DNA of 64,000 nt from Gemmatales bacterium. GTDB lineage: Bacteria; Planctomycetota; Planctomycetia; Gemmatales; HRBIN36. The stretch is from NCBI GenBank assembly GCA_041640595.1, contig JBEPZY010000005.1:32001-96000 (forward strand), given 5' to 3'. A model generated the notes under the pieces. That model was not told the DNA's origin and ran no database searches. It worked only from the letters and a program-made list of their open reading frames with translations. Position numbers and translations under genes: made by a program. Below are positions 1 to 10,644 of the stretch, piece after piece; the first letter of the stretch is position 1; every line of letters starts with the position of its first letter.

Positions 1-1
1 T

Positions 2-535
2 GGCGGGCGTCAGCCCGCCGTGGTGCCGAAAACCGCATTTGCAACGGCGACCGACTTTTCCGAACCCAGCACGTTCGCCCCGGCACGATTGGTTTCCATC
101 CCACGGCTGGCTTACGTCAGCCGCTCTTGGTCGGATGCGCGGCGGCGTTTGCACAGTAACGCTTGTGTTCCGCCGGTTCGTTTGCGTGTCACGGGGGGCT
201 TACGCCCCCCCGCTCTTGTATTGCGTTGCGAACGTCTGTCGGCGAAAAACGATTTTTTCGATGCACAAACGCACGTTCACAGGAGCGGCGGGCGTCAGCC
301 CGCCGTGGTGAACATTGCGCCGGGAAAATCGCCAACGCTGATCGCCGCCCGTCAGGTCGCCGTGGTTCGGTAACGCACTTGCGAGGGCAAGCGTTTTTCA
401 CCGACGGAGCATGTCCGCATACCACGGCTGGCTTACGCCAGCCGCTCCTGGTCGTAACCGCAGATGCTGTTTCTGGTGTGTGTTTCGTACCCGCGAGTAC
501 GATACCCACCTACGGGTGGCTTACACCAGCCGCTC
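2..535. repeat. REP/BIME-like hairpin array 1 (about 6 units, runs off the window edge)
   Basis: Units of consensus GAGC-GGC(G/T)GGC-GT(C/A)A-GCC(C/A)GCC-GTGG at about 2(+), 101(-), 190(-), 282(+), 422(-), 511(-). Confidence 0.9.
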
Positions 536-699
536 CTGGGGGGACGACGTTCGGGCGGTGCGGAATACGCGATCGGCTAATGTCACGGCAAGTTCGCGGG
601 AGCGTCCGGGCGAAAAGAGGGGGGCTTCTCCGTGCGGAGTGCGCGATGGGCAAACGACCCGGCCAGGGTGGTTTTTCTTCGTCGTACAATACCAGCGCC

Positions 700-2118
700 A
701 TGTCCACGGAGAAAAACGCCCCAGCGCATGACCAGTCCCGTGCCGACGATGTGCCGGCAGCCGGGCAGGAGACGGTCTGCGAAACAAACGGCGGGGAGCA
801 GTCTGCCCCTGCGGAATCGCCGCTGATGGCGAAAGTGCGGCAGTTGCCGAATCGGCCCGGCGTGTATCTGATGAAAGACAGCCAGGGACGGGTCATTTAC
901 GTCGGTAAAGCCAAGAACCTTCGACACCGTGTGGCTCATTATTTCACTCGCCAGGCGGCTCAGGATCGCCGTACTGCTGACCTGGTGCGTCTTATTGCCG
1001 ATTTCGACTACCTCGAAGCCGAGACCGAGGTAGATGCACTGCTCATGGAAGCGCGGCTCATCAAGGACATCCAGCCGCGTTTCAACATCGAACTCAAGGA
1101 CGATAAAAGTTTCCCCTATTTGCAGATTCGCTTGCGGGAACCTTATCCGCGGGTGGAGTTTACACGGTCGCCGCGACAGCGGGGTGTCAAACTCTACGGT
1201 CCGTTCACCAGTGCCCGTGGCTTACGGGCAGCGATTCAGGTATTGCAGCGCATCTTCAAATTCCGCACCTGTTCGCTGGATATTGATCCGGGCGAGTCCA
1301 ACTGGCGCTGGTATCGTCCGTGTATCCTGCACAGTATTGGTCAGTGCACCGCTCCGTGCAATCTGCGGGTTAGTCCTGAGGATTATCGGGAGCAGATTCG
1401 CCAGCTCCGCATGGTTCTGGAAGGCAAGAAGAACCAGCTGATCCAGGAAATGGAAGTGCAGATGCGGGAAGCAGCGGCTCAGTTGCAGTTTGAAAAGGCA
1501 GCCCGCCTGCGCGATGATATTCGCGCTCTGCAAGCGTTGCAGTTACGCGGTGAACTGGACAAACATGTCCAGCCGGAAGTCTTCGTTATGAACCCCAAGC
1601 GTGGTGTGCTGGGCTTGCAGAAGGTGCTGCGCCTGGCCAAACCGCCCCGCGTTATCGAAGGATTCGATATTGCTCACCTGCAGGGCAGTGATGCGGTGGG
1701 GTCGCTGGTCACTTTCCTGGATGGTTTGCCCTTCAAGCCGGGTTATCGCCGCTTTCGTATTCGCACGGTTAGTGGTGTGGATGATTTTGCCGCTCTGCGC
1801 GAGGTTCTGACCCGTCGCTATCGCCGATTGCTCGCGGATCCTGAGGGGGTAACTCCCGACGTCGTGCTCATAGATGGCGGAAAAGGACAACTGCATGCCG
1901 CCCGGGATGCCTTTGTCGCTCTGGGTATGGAACCGCCTGTCCTTCTGGCACTGGCCAAGCGGGAAGAATTGATCTTCTGCCTCGACCGCGACGAACCGCT
2001 CCGGCTCAGCCGAGCTTCTGCGGCGCTGCGGTTGTTGCAATACGTCCGCGACGAAGCTCACCGTTTCGCCCAGCATTACCATCACCTGCTCCGCCACAAA
2101 CATCTGGAGGAAGATTGA
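700..2118 (+). CDS. uvrC: Excinuclease ABC subunit C
   Basis: GIY-YIG N-terminus (PGVYLMKD...IYVGKAKNLR), Cys-rich segment, UVR motif (FEKAARLRD), RNase H-like domain (IEGFDIAH, LIDGGKGQ, RDEAHRFA). Start is ATG700 or ATG826; the longer ORF 5' end runs through repeats. Confidence 0.93.
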   Translation: MSTEKNAPAHDQSRADDVPAAGQETVCETNGGEQSAPAESPLMAKVRQLPNRPGVYLMKDSQGRVIYVGKAKNLRHRVAHYFTRQAAQDRRTADLVRLIADFDYLEAETEVDALLMEARLIKDIQPRFNIELKDDKSFPYLQIRLREPYPRVEFTRSPRQRGVKLYGPFTSARGLRAAIQVLQRIFKFRTCSLDIDPGESNWRWYRPCILHSIGQCTAPCNLRVSPEDYREQIRQLRMVLEGKKNQLIQEMEVQMREAAAQLQFEKAARLRDDIRALQALQLRGELDKHVQPEVFVMNPKRGVLGLQKVLRLAKPPRVIEGFDIAHLQGSDAVGSLVTFLDGLPFKPGYRRFRIRTVSGVDDFAALREVLTRRYRRLLADPEGVTPDVVLIDGGKGQLHAARDAFVALGMEPPVLLALAKREELIFCLDRDEPLRLSRASAALRLLQYVRDEAHRFAQHYHHLLRHKHLEED

Positions 2119-2418
2119 AACCGTCAGGAGCGATGAAAACGGTCGGCTCTAACGTGGTGGGCAGCAGGGAGTTGTGGCATTGCCTGTTCCCGACATTGGA
2201 TTCCGCACGAAGCGGGCGTGTCAGGCCTGCGACGAAAGCAGTGCGTATCTGGTTCAGCTTTTCAGGTTCCCGGCGAGGCGGGCGCGGTGGGCCAGGCCAG
2301 CCGGTAAAAATTTCGGCGGCCTTGAAACTCACCCGCCCAGGCTGTACACTGATTACGGAACGATGATGTGGGGAAATGGTCACGAAGCGGACGACGCCTG
2401 ACGAAGCGAGGGCGGAAA

Positions 2419-2688
2419 ATGGCGATTACTAAGGAGCAAAAGACGGAGATCATTCAGCAGTACCGGCGGAGCGAAAGTGATACCGGCTCGCCGGAGGTGC
2501 AGATTGCGCTATTGACCGCCCGCATCCAGGAACTGACCGAGCATCTCAAGCAGCACCGCAAGGATTACTCCAGCCGACGCGGTTTGCTGATGCTGGTCAG
2601 CAAACGTAATCGCCTGCTCAAGTACATCCGCAATAAGGCCCCGCAGCGCTACTTCGAAGTAGTCCAGCGGCTGGGTTTGCGGAAGTAA
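2419..2688 (+). CDS. rpsO: 30S ribosomal protein S15
   Basis: [13 protein letters not shown]...[12 protein letters not shown]...LGLRK; lies directly upstream of pnp. Confidence 0.98.
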   Translation: MAITKEQKTEIIQQYRRSESDTGSPEVQIALLTARIQELTEHLKQHRKDYSSRRGLLMLVSKRNRLLKYIRNKAPQRYFEVVQRLGLRK

Positions 2689-2985
2689 CAGTTGGGGCGA
2701 ACTGGGGAGTCAGGCGTTGGCTGGGGTGTCGCTCGCCGACACCGTGCAGGAACAGGGCTGGCATGAACCTGCCAGCACTTTTTCCTGGGCGACCCCATCT
2801 CGCCTGGCCGCTGTAGCGGTTCGTGAGAACCGCAGCGAGCCCAAACAGCCGAGGGCGGGTTCCCAGCTTCGTTGGGTGCCGTTCGCGCCACCGTCCCCGA
2901 CACTCGGAAGCGGGTGTCTTTGCGGTGGATAAGTGAGCTGCCAATTGGCTCAGGGCAGCCGAACGCAGCTATGAGGAGTGCAGAA

Positions 2986-5262
2986 GTGAGTGTTGTCCGT
3001 GTCGAACGCGTCATCGGTAGGCATCCTCTGATCATCGAAACCGGTAAACTGGCCAAACAGGCGCATGGAGCGGTTACCGTACAGTATGCGGATGGCGTTG
3101 TGCTGGTGGCAGCCGTCGAGGGACAGGCTCAGCCAGGCCAGGATTTCTTTCCCCTCACGGTAGATTACCGCGAGAAAACTTACGCGGCGGGAAAGTTTCC
3201 CGGCGGCTTTATCAAACGCGAAGGCCGACCCACGACGAAAGAGATTCTCACGAGCCGGCTTATAGACCGTCCGATTCGGCCGTTGTTTCCTGCCCATTAC
3301 TACAACGAGGTGCAGATTCAGGCGATCGTGCTTTCCGCCGACCCCGATTACGATCCCGATGTGCTGGCAATGATCGGAGCCAGTGCGGCGTTGCATATTT
3401 CGCATATTCCGTTTTTCGGACCGACAGGAGCGATTCGCCTGGGTCGCGTAGATGGACAACTGGTCGTCCTGCCTACCTATGACGAAGTGGAGACCGGCGA
3501 GTTGGACCTGGTGGTTTCGGGAACCCGCGATGCCGTGACCATGATCGAAGGGTTCGCCCGCGAGCTTCCCGAAGAGGACATGGTGCAGGCCATTCTGCGG
3601 GCCCACCAGGAATCGCTGGCGGTAATCGAGATGATTCAGGAGTTGCGCGATCGGCTCGGTTTGCCGCCGAAAGAGATACCTCCACCACCGCCTAATCCGT
3701 TACGCGAGTTGTTCCTGGAGCGTTTTTATCAGGAAATGCGGGAAGCCAAACTGACCCCCAAGAAGCAGGAACGCAAGGAAAAAGTCGAGGCACTGAAGCA
3801 GCGGATCTGGCAGGAATTTCTGCCAGCTACCCAGGGGAGTGATGGCCAGCCGACCCCCTGGACGGAAGCGCAGGTTCAGGAAGCCTTCCTTCACCTGGAA
3901 GAGCGAGTGGTGCGCGACCTGGCTCTGGAAGGAAAACGTCTGGATGGTCGCGGACCAAAGGACCTGCGACCGATTTCCTGCGAAGTGGGTGTGCTGCCCC
4001 GCACGCATGGCTCGGCTCTGTTTACTCGAGGAGAGACGCAGGCTCTGGTCACCACCACGCTCGGCACCGTCAGCGATGAGCAGAAAGTTGAGGGCCTGGC
4101 CGAGGAATACACCAAAAAGTTCATGCTCGATTACAACTTTCCGCCGTTCAGCGTCGGGGAAGTGCGTCCGATTCGCGGTCCCGGTCGGCGAGAGGTTGGG
4201 CATGGAGCCCTGGCGGAACGGTCTTTGAAAGCGGTTATGCCTACTCCGGAAGAGTTCCCGTACACCATTCGCGTGGTTTCGGAGATTCTGGAGTCGAACG
4301 GTTCCAGCAGCATGGCTACCGTGTGCGGGGCGACGCTCAGCCTCATGGATGCGGGTGTTCCGATCCTGCAACCGGTGGCGGGCATTTCCATCGGCCTGGT
4401 CAAGGAAGGCGACCGTTATGTGCTGTTGACTGACATCATGGGAGATGAAGACCATTACGGCGACATGGATTTCAAGGTGGCCGGTACCGGTTACGGTATC
4501 ACCGGCATTCAGCTCGACCTGAAGATAGCCGGCATCACCGAGCAAATTATCCGCGAGACCTTGCAGCAAGCCCGCGAGGCTCGGGCTCGCATCCTGCAAA
4601 TCATGCTCCAGACCATTCCGCGTCCGCGACCCGAAATCAGCAAAAACGCTCCCAAGCTGTTTGTGCTGCGGATTGACCCGGAAAAAATTGGCCTGCTTAT
4701 CGGTCCCGGTGGCAAGACGGTCAAAGCGATCCAGGACGAATACCACTGCCGCATTGACATTGCCGAAGATGGCACCGTGGCCATCTGCTGCTACGACCAC
4801 GATAAGGCCGATCTCGCTCTCAACAAGGTGCGTTCGCTCACCGAGGAAATCCGTGTCGGCAACATTTACGATGGCAAGGTGGTGGGCATCAAGGAATTCG
4901 GAGCGTTTGTCGAAATCCTGCCGGGAAAGGACGGTTTAGTGCACATTAGCGAACTGGACGACAAGTACGTCTCCCGCGTGGAAGACGTGGTCAAAATTGG
5001 CGACCGGATTCCCGTGAAAGTGATCGCCATTGACGAGCAAAATCGGCTGAAGCTGTCGCGGAAGGCGGCCTTGCGCGAGCAACTCGCCGCCCAGGGAGCC
5101 GGTACTCCTGCCGGGGAAGAAACGGCTGAGGTGTCGGAAACCGCGCCGGCCCCATCCTCCACGGAAGCCGAAGGAACGGGGATTCGACGGGAAGGCTATC
5201 GGCGAGAGTTGAGCCGACGACCACCGCCGCGCCGTCGGGATCACCGCGATCGCTACCGCTAA
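2986..5262 (+). CDS. pnp: Polyribonucleotide nucleotidyltransferase
   Basis: ETGKLAKQA, DFFPLTVDY, RLIDRPIRPLF, SNGSSSMA, GDMDFKVAG, KH and S1 domains; GTG2986 preceded by GAGGAG. Confidence 0.98.
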   Translation: MSVVRVERVIGRHPLIIETGKLAKQAHGAVTVQYADGVVLVAAVEGQAQPGQDFFPLTVDYREKTYAAGKFPGGFIKREGRPTTKEILTSRLIDRPIRPLFPAHYYNEVQIQAIVLSADPDYDPDVLAMIGASAALHISHIPFFGPTGAIRLGRVDGQLVVLPTYDEVETGELDLVVSGTRDAVTMIEGFARELPEEDMVQAILRAHQESLAVIEMIQELRDRLGLPPKEIPPPPPNPLRELFLERFYQEMREAKLTPKKQERKEKVEALKQRIWQEFLPATQGSDGQPTPWTEAQVQEAFLHLEERVVRDLALEGKRLDGRGPKDLRPISCEVGVLPRTHGSALFTRGETQALVTTTLGTVSDEQKVEGLAEEYTKKFMLDYNFPPFSVGEVRPIRGPGRREVGHGALAERSLKAVMPTPEEFPYTIRVVSEILESNGSSSMATVCGATLSLMDAGVPILQPVAGISIGLVKEGDRYVLLTDIMGDEDHYGDMDFKVAGTGYGITGIQLDLKIAGITEQIIRETLQQAREARARILQIMLQTIPRPRPEISKNAPKLFVLRIDPEKIGLLIGPGGKTVKAIQDEYHCRIDIAEDGTVAICCYDHDKADLALNKVRSLTEEIRVGNIYDGKVVGIKEFGAFVEILPGKDGLVHISELDDKYVSRVEDVVKIGDRIPVKVIAIDEQNRLKLSRKAALREQLAAQGAGTPAGEETAEVSETAPAPSSTEAEGTGIRREGYRRELSRRPPPRRRDHRDRYR

Positions 5263-5283
5263 GCTGCCACCAGGGCCGTCATC

Positions 5284-6039
5284 ATGAGCGCGCTGGCCCA
5301 CGAACCGGCAACAACCAGTTCAGCAGTCCCGGCAACGGATTTTGCCGGTCGGTACCAGGAACTGGCTGAGTTGGCCGGCCGACTCATTCACGAAATCAAA
5401 AACCATCTCGGCACCCTCAGCCTGAATCTCCAGTTGCTCCGCGAGGAGTTCCAGAATCCGACCACGCCACGCGAACGCCGCGCCTTGCAGCGCATCCAGC
5501 AATTGCAGCAAGAGTGTCAACGGCTGGCAGACCTTTCCAGCGAATTCCTGCGTTTTGCCCGTGTCGGCCAGTTGCAGCGCCGACCGGAAAACCTCGCCGC
5601 CCTCATTCAGGAACTGGCTGAGTTCGTTACACCGTCGTTGCAGCAGAAAGGAATTGAATTGCAAACGTTCGTGCCGGCGGATTTACCCACGGTGTGGCTC
5701 GACCGCGATCTGTTTCAGCAGGCGTTGCTCAACCTCATCCTCAATGCGGAACAGGCGATGCCCCACGGCGGACTGATCACCGTCCAGGCCGAACTGCTCG
5801 GCGACAGCGTCCAGTTGAGCATCATTGATACCGGTGAGGGGATGACGGCCGAGGTGCTGGCTCAGGTCTTTCGCCCGTTCTTTTCCACCCGCAAAGGCGG
5901 TAGCGGTCTCGGTTTGCCAATCACTCGCCGCATCGTAGAAGCCCACGGAGGCACTATCCGCATTCAGAGCGAACCCGGTCGCGGCACCCGGGTGGATATT
6001 CTCCTTCCGACCACCGGCGAGGAATCGGCGACGGCGTAG
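5284..6039 (+). CDS. Two-component histidine kinase (HisKA plus HATPase, no sensor domain)
   Basis: H-box HEIKNHL, N-box NLILNA, DTGEG, F-box PFFSTR, G2 GSGLGL. Confidence 0.9.
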   Translation: MSALAHEPATTSSAVPATDFAGRYQELAELAGRLIHEIKNHLGTLSLNLQLLREEFQNPTTPRERRALQRIQQLQQECQRLADLSSEFLRFARVGQLQRRPENLAALIQELAEFVTPSLQQKGIELQTFVPADLPTVWLDRDLFQQALLNLILNAEQAMPHGGLITVQAELLGDSVQLSIIDTGEGMTAEVLAQVFRPFFSTRKGGSGLGLPITRRIVEAHGGTIRIQSEPGRGTRVDILLPTTGEESATA

Positions 6040-6298
6040 CGGCCAGGTCGCGTTGCGGCCGAGAACTGGCCGGCCTCGTCGGTAAGCCAGGCCGGATTTA
6101 CCCCAAGTGTAGTCTGTGATACACCTGGCCGATAAAATGCCAGCAGTCGCCGTATAAAAGCACGCCTGCCGGAAATGTGAGGGAAACATCCTTCGACCTG
6201 GTTCCGTAGCTCCGCGAAAGTAGGCCCGACTTACACGGAAGGGCCTCCGACTGTGGCTTACTGAAAATGCAGAAACAGAAGGGGAGGCAGACCGGAGC

Positions 6299-7132
6299 AT
6301 GTTGAAAACAATCCTGCTCGCCCTGGACGGCTCAACGTACAGCGAAGCGGCTGTGGAGCTGGGCATTCGCTGGGCGAAGCGTTGCTACGCCATGCTGGTA
6401 GGCTTGGGTGTCCTGGACGAACCGACTATCCGCAAACCCGAACCGGTTCCACTCGGTGGCTTCTATTACAAGCGCCACCGTGACGACACGCTCATTCAGG
6501 AAGCCCACGAACGCATCCAGCAATTTCTCGATCGGTTTGCGTCGCGTTGTGCGGAGGCGGGTGTTTCCTGCAAAGTGCACGAGGTGATCGGCGAGCCCTG
6601 GGAGCAGATCCTCCTGGAAGCTCAGCGCTACGACCTGATCATCCTGGGCCAGCAGACCTACTTCCACTTTGAAACTCAGCAGTCCCCCTGCGAGACGGTG
6701 CAGATGGTGGTCAAGAACGCCCCACGTCCGGTGGTAACGGTGCCGGAAAAACTGGGCAGCGGCGGCGCCATCCTGATTGCCTACGACGGCAGCCTCCAGG
6801 CCGCACGCGCTGTGCAAGCGTTTCAGCAGTCCGGACTGCATCAGGGACAGCAGGTTTACGTGGTCGGCGTGGCTAAAGAGCTTGCAGAAGCCAGTGAGCG
6901 TGTCCAACGGGCCGTGGAGTTCCTCAATTACCACGCAATCAAAGCCACTCCGTGCCCGTTATCCTCCCTCGATCCGCCCGGGCAGGTCCTGCTTGAACAG
7001 GTACGCCATTACGACGCCGGACTTTTGGTGATGGGCGCTTACGGTCAGCCGGTTTTGCGTGAGTTCTTTTTTGGCTCGGTGACCAAGACCATGCTCAGGG
7101 AGGCGACTATTCCATTGTTTGTGTACCATTGA
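6299..7132 (+). CDS. Universal stress protein (tandem USP domains)
   Basis: ILLALDGS and ILIAYDGS domain starts; VMGAYG...FFGSVT motif. Confidence 0.9.
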   Translation: MLKTILLALDGSTYSEAAVELGIRWAKRCYAMLVGLGVLDEPTIRKPEPVPLGGFYYKRHRDDTLIQEAHERIQQFLDRFASRCAEAGVSCKVHEVIGEPWEQILLEAQRYDLIILGQQTYFHFETQQSPCETVQMVVKNAPRPVVTVPEKLGSGGAILIAYDGSLQAARAVQAFQQSGLHQGQQVYVVGVAKELAEASERVQRAVEFLNYHAIKATPCPLSSLDPPGQVLLEQVRHYDAGLLVMGAYGQPVLREFFFGSVTKTMLREATIPLFVYH

Positions 7133-7144
7133 GCGGAGGATAGG

Positions 7145-9859
7145 ATGTCCGTTGCCAAGCGCACCGACTTATCTGCCGGTGAGCCACCATCGGCGGTCTG
7201 GCATACTCTGGCGGCTGCGGAAGTGCTGGCGGCGCTGGAGAGCCGAGAGGCAGGTCTTACCGAAGCCGAGGCCCAGTTTCGACTGGCCAGTGTTGGCCCC
7301 AATCTTCTTCCGCAGCAACCGCCGCCGACGGTCTGGCAAATCTTCTTGAGACAGTTCCGCAGTCCGCTCATTTACTTGCTGTTAGCTGCCACTGTGGTGT
7401 CGCTGGTCATTGGGCACTTCGACGACGCCGTATTTATCGCTGCGGTTTTGCTCATTAACGCGGTGATCGGTACCATTCAGGAATGGAAGGCCGAACAAAG
7501 CAGCCGGGCTTTACAGAAATTGCTCCGTATCCGTGCGACAGTAGTGCGGGATGGTGAGGTGAAAGAAATTCCCGCCGATCAGGTCGTGCCCGGCGACATC
7601 GTCTGGCTGGAACCCGGTAACCGAGTACCCGCCGACGTTCGGCTGCTGTGGTCGCACGCGCTGGAGATTGACGAATCGTTGCTCACGGGCGAATCGCTGG
7701 GAGTGCTCAAAGATCATGAATGGTCAGGCCCACCAGCTACGCCAGTAGCAGACAGGTTGAACATGGCTCATGCCGGAACGCTGGTGATTCGCGGTCGCGG
7801 CAAGGGAATCGTGGTGGCCACCGGCAGCCGCACCGTTGTCGGACAGTTGGCGCTCGATGTGCTGGCCGCACCGCCGGGAAAACCGCCTCTCATTGAGCGC
7901 ATGGAGCGGTTCGCCCGCGCCATCGCGGGCACGGTGCTCGCGGCGGTGGCGGTGGTGGCTCTCATCGGGGTTCTGGTTCACGGCCACGGGTTGACGGAGA
8001 TGTTTACGTTTGCCGTGGCGCTGGCGGTTTCCGCTGTGCCTGAAGGCTTGCCGGTTGCTCTGACCGTGGCCCTGGCGGTGGCTACGAACCGGATGGCACG
8101 CCGAGGCGTGATCGTTCGCCGCCTGGCTGCGGTGGAAGGCCTGGGTAGTGCCACCCTGATTGCCAGCGACAAGACCGGTACGTTGACCTGCAACGAGCTG
8201 ACCGTGCGGCAAATTCGTGTGGCTTCTGGTGCGGTGTTTGAAGTTACCGGCGAAGGATTTAAGCCGCACGGTCAGGTGTTGCTGGACGGCAAGCCGGTGG
8301 AGCCAGGCACTCATCCGGAATTGAACCGTCTGGCACGGGCTGCCGTTTTATGCAACGAAGCCGAATTGCACCTGCAGGACAGCAAATGGACCTGGCGGGG
8401 TGACCCAACTGATGTGGCGCTTTTGAGCATGGCACACAAACTGGGTTGGAATCGGGAGCTGACACTCGACCGCCATCCGCAAGTCAACGAAATTCCGTTC
8501 GAGCCGGAGCATCGCTTTGCCGCCAGCTACCACCAGATGGAAGATGGTTCAGTGTACGTGTTCGTCAAGGGGGCACCGGAGCGTGTTCTGGCGATGTGTA
8601 ACTGGGCGGATGAATCCGATCGGCAGAGGCAACTGGCCCTGGCCAGTGAAATGGCTTCCCAGGGTTATCGGGTTCTGGCCTTGGCCGAAGGGCCTGCGCC
8701 TGCCCATCTCGATACTCGCCAGACTCCTCCGGAACCCACGGGTCTGACGTTGCTGGGATTCGTCGGCATGATCGATCCGTTGCGTCCCGGGGTTCGTGAA
8801 GCGGTGGCAAGTTGTCATGCAGCGGGCATCACCGTGTGCATGGTAACCGGTGATCATCCGGTTACCGCACTGGCGATTGCCCGCGATCTCGGCCTGGCCA
8901 GCCAGCCCGATCAGGTCGTTACAGGCCGGGAACTGGAAGCCATGACCGCTGAGCAGCTTCAGCTCGCGGTGGAGCGGGTGCGCGTTTTCGCACGGGTCAC
9001 TCCGCGGCAGAAACTGGAACTGGTGGAAGCGGCAAAACGAGCGGGCCATTATGTTGTCGTTACCGGCGACGGCGTGAATGATGCTCCCGCGTTGAAAGCC
9101 GCTCACATCGGCGTGGCCATGGGCAGGAGCGGTACCGATGTGGCTCGGGAGGCAGCCGATTTAGTCATCAGCGATGACAATTTTGCTACCATCGTCGCCG
9201 GCGTGGAAGAAGGGCGCGTGGCCTACGACAACATTCGCAAAGTGATCTATTTGCTCGTGTCAACGGGTGCGGCCGAAATCGTAATGGTTGCGCTCGCGGT
9301 GGCAACCGGACTGCCCTTGCCGCTCCTTCCGGTACAGCTTCTGTGGTTGAACCTGGTCACCAATGGCATCCAGGATGTCGCTCTGGCTTTCGAACCGAGC
9401 GAAGGAGATGTTCTCCGCCGCAAGCCACGCCCACCGGGAGAGCCTATCTTCAACCAGCTCATGATCGAACGAACTGTCCTGGCGGCGGTGGTCATGGGCG
9501 TGGTTGGCTTTGCTGCCTTTGCCTGGATGCTGCAGAACGGCTGGACTGAAGACTCAGCTCGAAATGCGTTGCTACTGCTCATGGTTCTGTTCGAAAATAT
9601 CCACATCGGCAACTGCCGGTCCGAAACAAAATCGGGCCTGGTGCTTTCGCCGTTCCGCTCGCCGATCCTGCTAATCGGAACAATTACCGCCTTCCTGGTT
9701 CATGTCGTGTCCATGTACCTGGCCCCGATGCAAGTGGTCCTGCGAACCGAACCGGTGAGTCCTGGTACCTGGGCATCGTTGCTGGCTCTGGCTTTGACCA
9801 TCTTCGTGGTGATGGAAATCCACAAATTAATCTGGGCGATTCGGCATCGCAACGTTTAG
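7145..9859 (+). CDS. Cation-transporting P-type ATPase (type II, Ca2+-like)
   Basis: TGES, PEGL, DKTGT phosphorylation site, KGAPE, TGD, GDGVNDAP; multiple TM helices. Confidence 0.95.
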   Translation: MSVAKRTDLSAGEPPSAVWHTLAAAEVLAALESREAGLTEAEAQFRLASVGPNLLPQQPPPTVWQIFLRQFRSPLIYLLLAATVVSLVIGHFDDAVFIAAVLLINAVIGTIQEWKAEQSSRALQKLLRIRATVVRDGEVKEIPADQVVPGDIVWLEPGNRVPADVRLLWSHALEIDESLLTGESLGVLKDHEWSGPPATPVADRLNMAHAGTLVIRGRGKGIVVATGSRTVVGQLALDVLAAPPGKPPLIERMERFARAIAGTVLAAVAVVALIGVLVHGHGLTEMFTFAVALAVSAVPEGLPVALTVALAVATNRMARRGVIVRRLAAVEGLGSATLIASDKTGTLTCNELTVRQIRVASGAVFEVTGEGFKPHGQVLLDGKPVEPGTHPELNRLARAAVLCNEAELHLQDSKWTWRGDPTDVALLSMAHKLGWNRELTLDRHPQVNEIPFEPEHRFAASYHQMEDGSVYVFVKGAPERVLAMCNWADESDRQRQLALASEMASQGYRVLALAEGPAPAHLDTRQTPPEPTGLTLLGFVGMIDPLRPGVREAVASCHAAGITVCMVTGDHPVTALAIARDLGLASQPDQVVTGRELEAMTAEQLQLAVERVRVFARVTPRQKLELVEAAKRAGHYVVVTGDGVNDAPALKAAHIGVAMGRSGTDVAREAADLVISDDNFATIVAGVEEGRVAYDNIRKVIYLLVSTGAAEIVMVALAVATGLPLPLLPVQLLWLNLVTNGIQDVALAFEPSEGDVLRRKPRPPGEPIFNQLMIERTVLAAVVMGVVGFAAFAWMLQNGWTEDSARNALLLLMVLFENIHIGNCRSETKSGLVLSPFRSPILLIGTITAFLVHVVSMYLAPMQVVLRTEPVSPGTWASLLALALTIFVVMEIHKLIWAIRHRNV

Positions 9860-10276
9860 GCAGTTCCAAAACCTGCCACCGCAGCGTACCTGGCGTTGAC
9901 AATGCTGTGTCATCGCAACACTCAACTCGTCTCGAGGACCGGAAAACATCACCGTCATTCGTGCACATAGGGAGCGATTGCAACTGCGCTCTGGGATTGC
10001 GCTGCTCGTTTGCAAGCTGTTAGTCTCAACTATTCCTGCACAGCGGAGGTGATCGCGACATGTAGCTCGTCGCGTAACAAACGCATAGCCTCTTGGTTAG
10101 TCCACGCCGGTGACCGCGAGGTTTAGCTCGCTTGGTGAACCGGTGGCCAGCCGCGAATTCGTGCTTATGCGACGGAGTTAGCGGGTGTTGTTTACGCAGG
10201 ACAGCAGGTTGCCCCAAGTAGTGGGGTCGTCCTCACGGTAATCCGACAAGCCCCAGCGACTACTATTTAGGCAGGA

Positions 10277-10295
10277 TTGCATTTGTTTTGTGCAA
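10277..10295. promoter_or_regulatory. NtrC-like enhancer box
   Basis: TTGCAT-N7-GTGCAA, close to TGCAC-N7-GTGCA, about 150 bp upstream of a sigma54 motif. Confidence 0.55.
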
Positions 10296-10446
10296 TTGTT
10301 CCCTTTCCTTGGGCAACGCATCTTGAGTACAGCTAATGCTGGATGCCAGCATCACCATGGGACGAGAACGGTTGATAGCAGAAGTTCTTTCGCAAAAAGA
10401 ACTTGCGACTCAGTGCGTAATTCATCGAGGTTGCCGTTAATTGGTT

Positions 10447-10461
10447 TGGCACGGGGGGTGC
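10447..10461 (+). promoter_or_regulatory. Sigma54 (-24/-12) promoter of the nitrate assimilation operon
   Basis: TGGCACGGGGGGTGC, with GG-N10-GC spacing and a TGGCACG core. Confidence 0.65.
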
Positions 10462-10644
10462 GTGAAGGTTACGCGTGCAAATTCGTTAGCGACGCCGGGT
10501 TTAGTGGTGCCTGCACGTAAGCCCGTCCTCTCCCCGGCCCAGCAGGCCAACCCGGCCAAGATTCTGTCGCACTCGCTTACGCCGGAATTCAAAGCGCGTG
10601 AAGGTGCTTTTCTGCGCACATTGTGTGCAATGGAGCCGAAAACA

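Noticed and set aside
20..699. ORFs in the repeat arrays (GGLTPAAL / AGVSPPW peptides; also 35.3-36.4, 40.7-42.1 and 43.4-44.0 kb) and the N-terminal extension of uvrC
   Set aside because: They are translations of the hairpin repeats in multiple frames, with no RBS or domain signal.
2119..2418. rpsO autoregulatory leader RNA
   Set aside because: Plausible by position, but I could not support a specific structure from the sequence.
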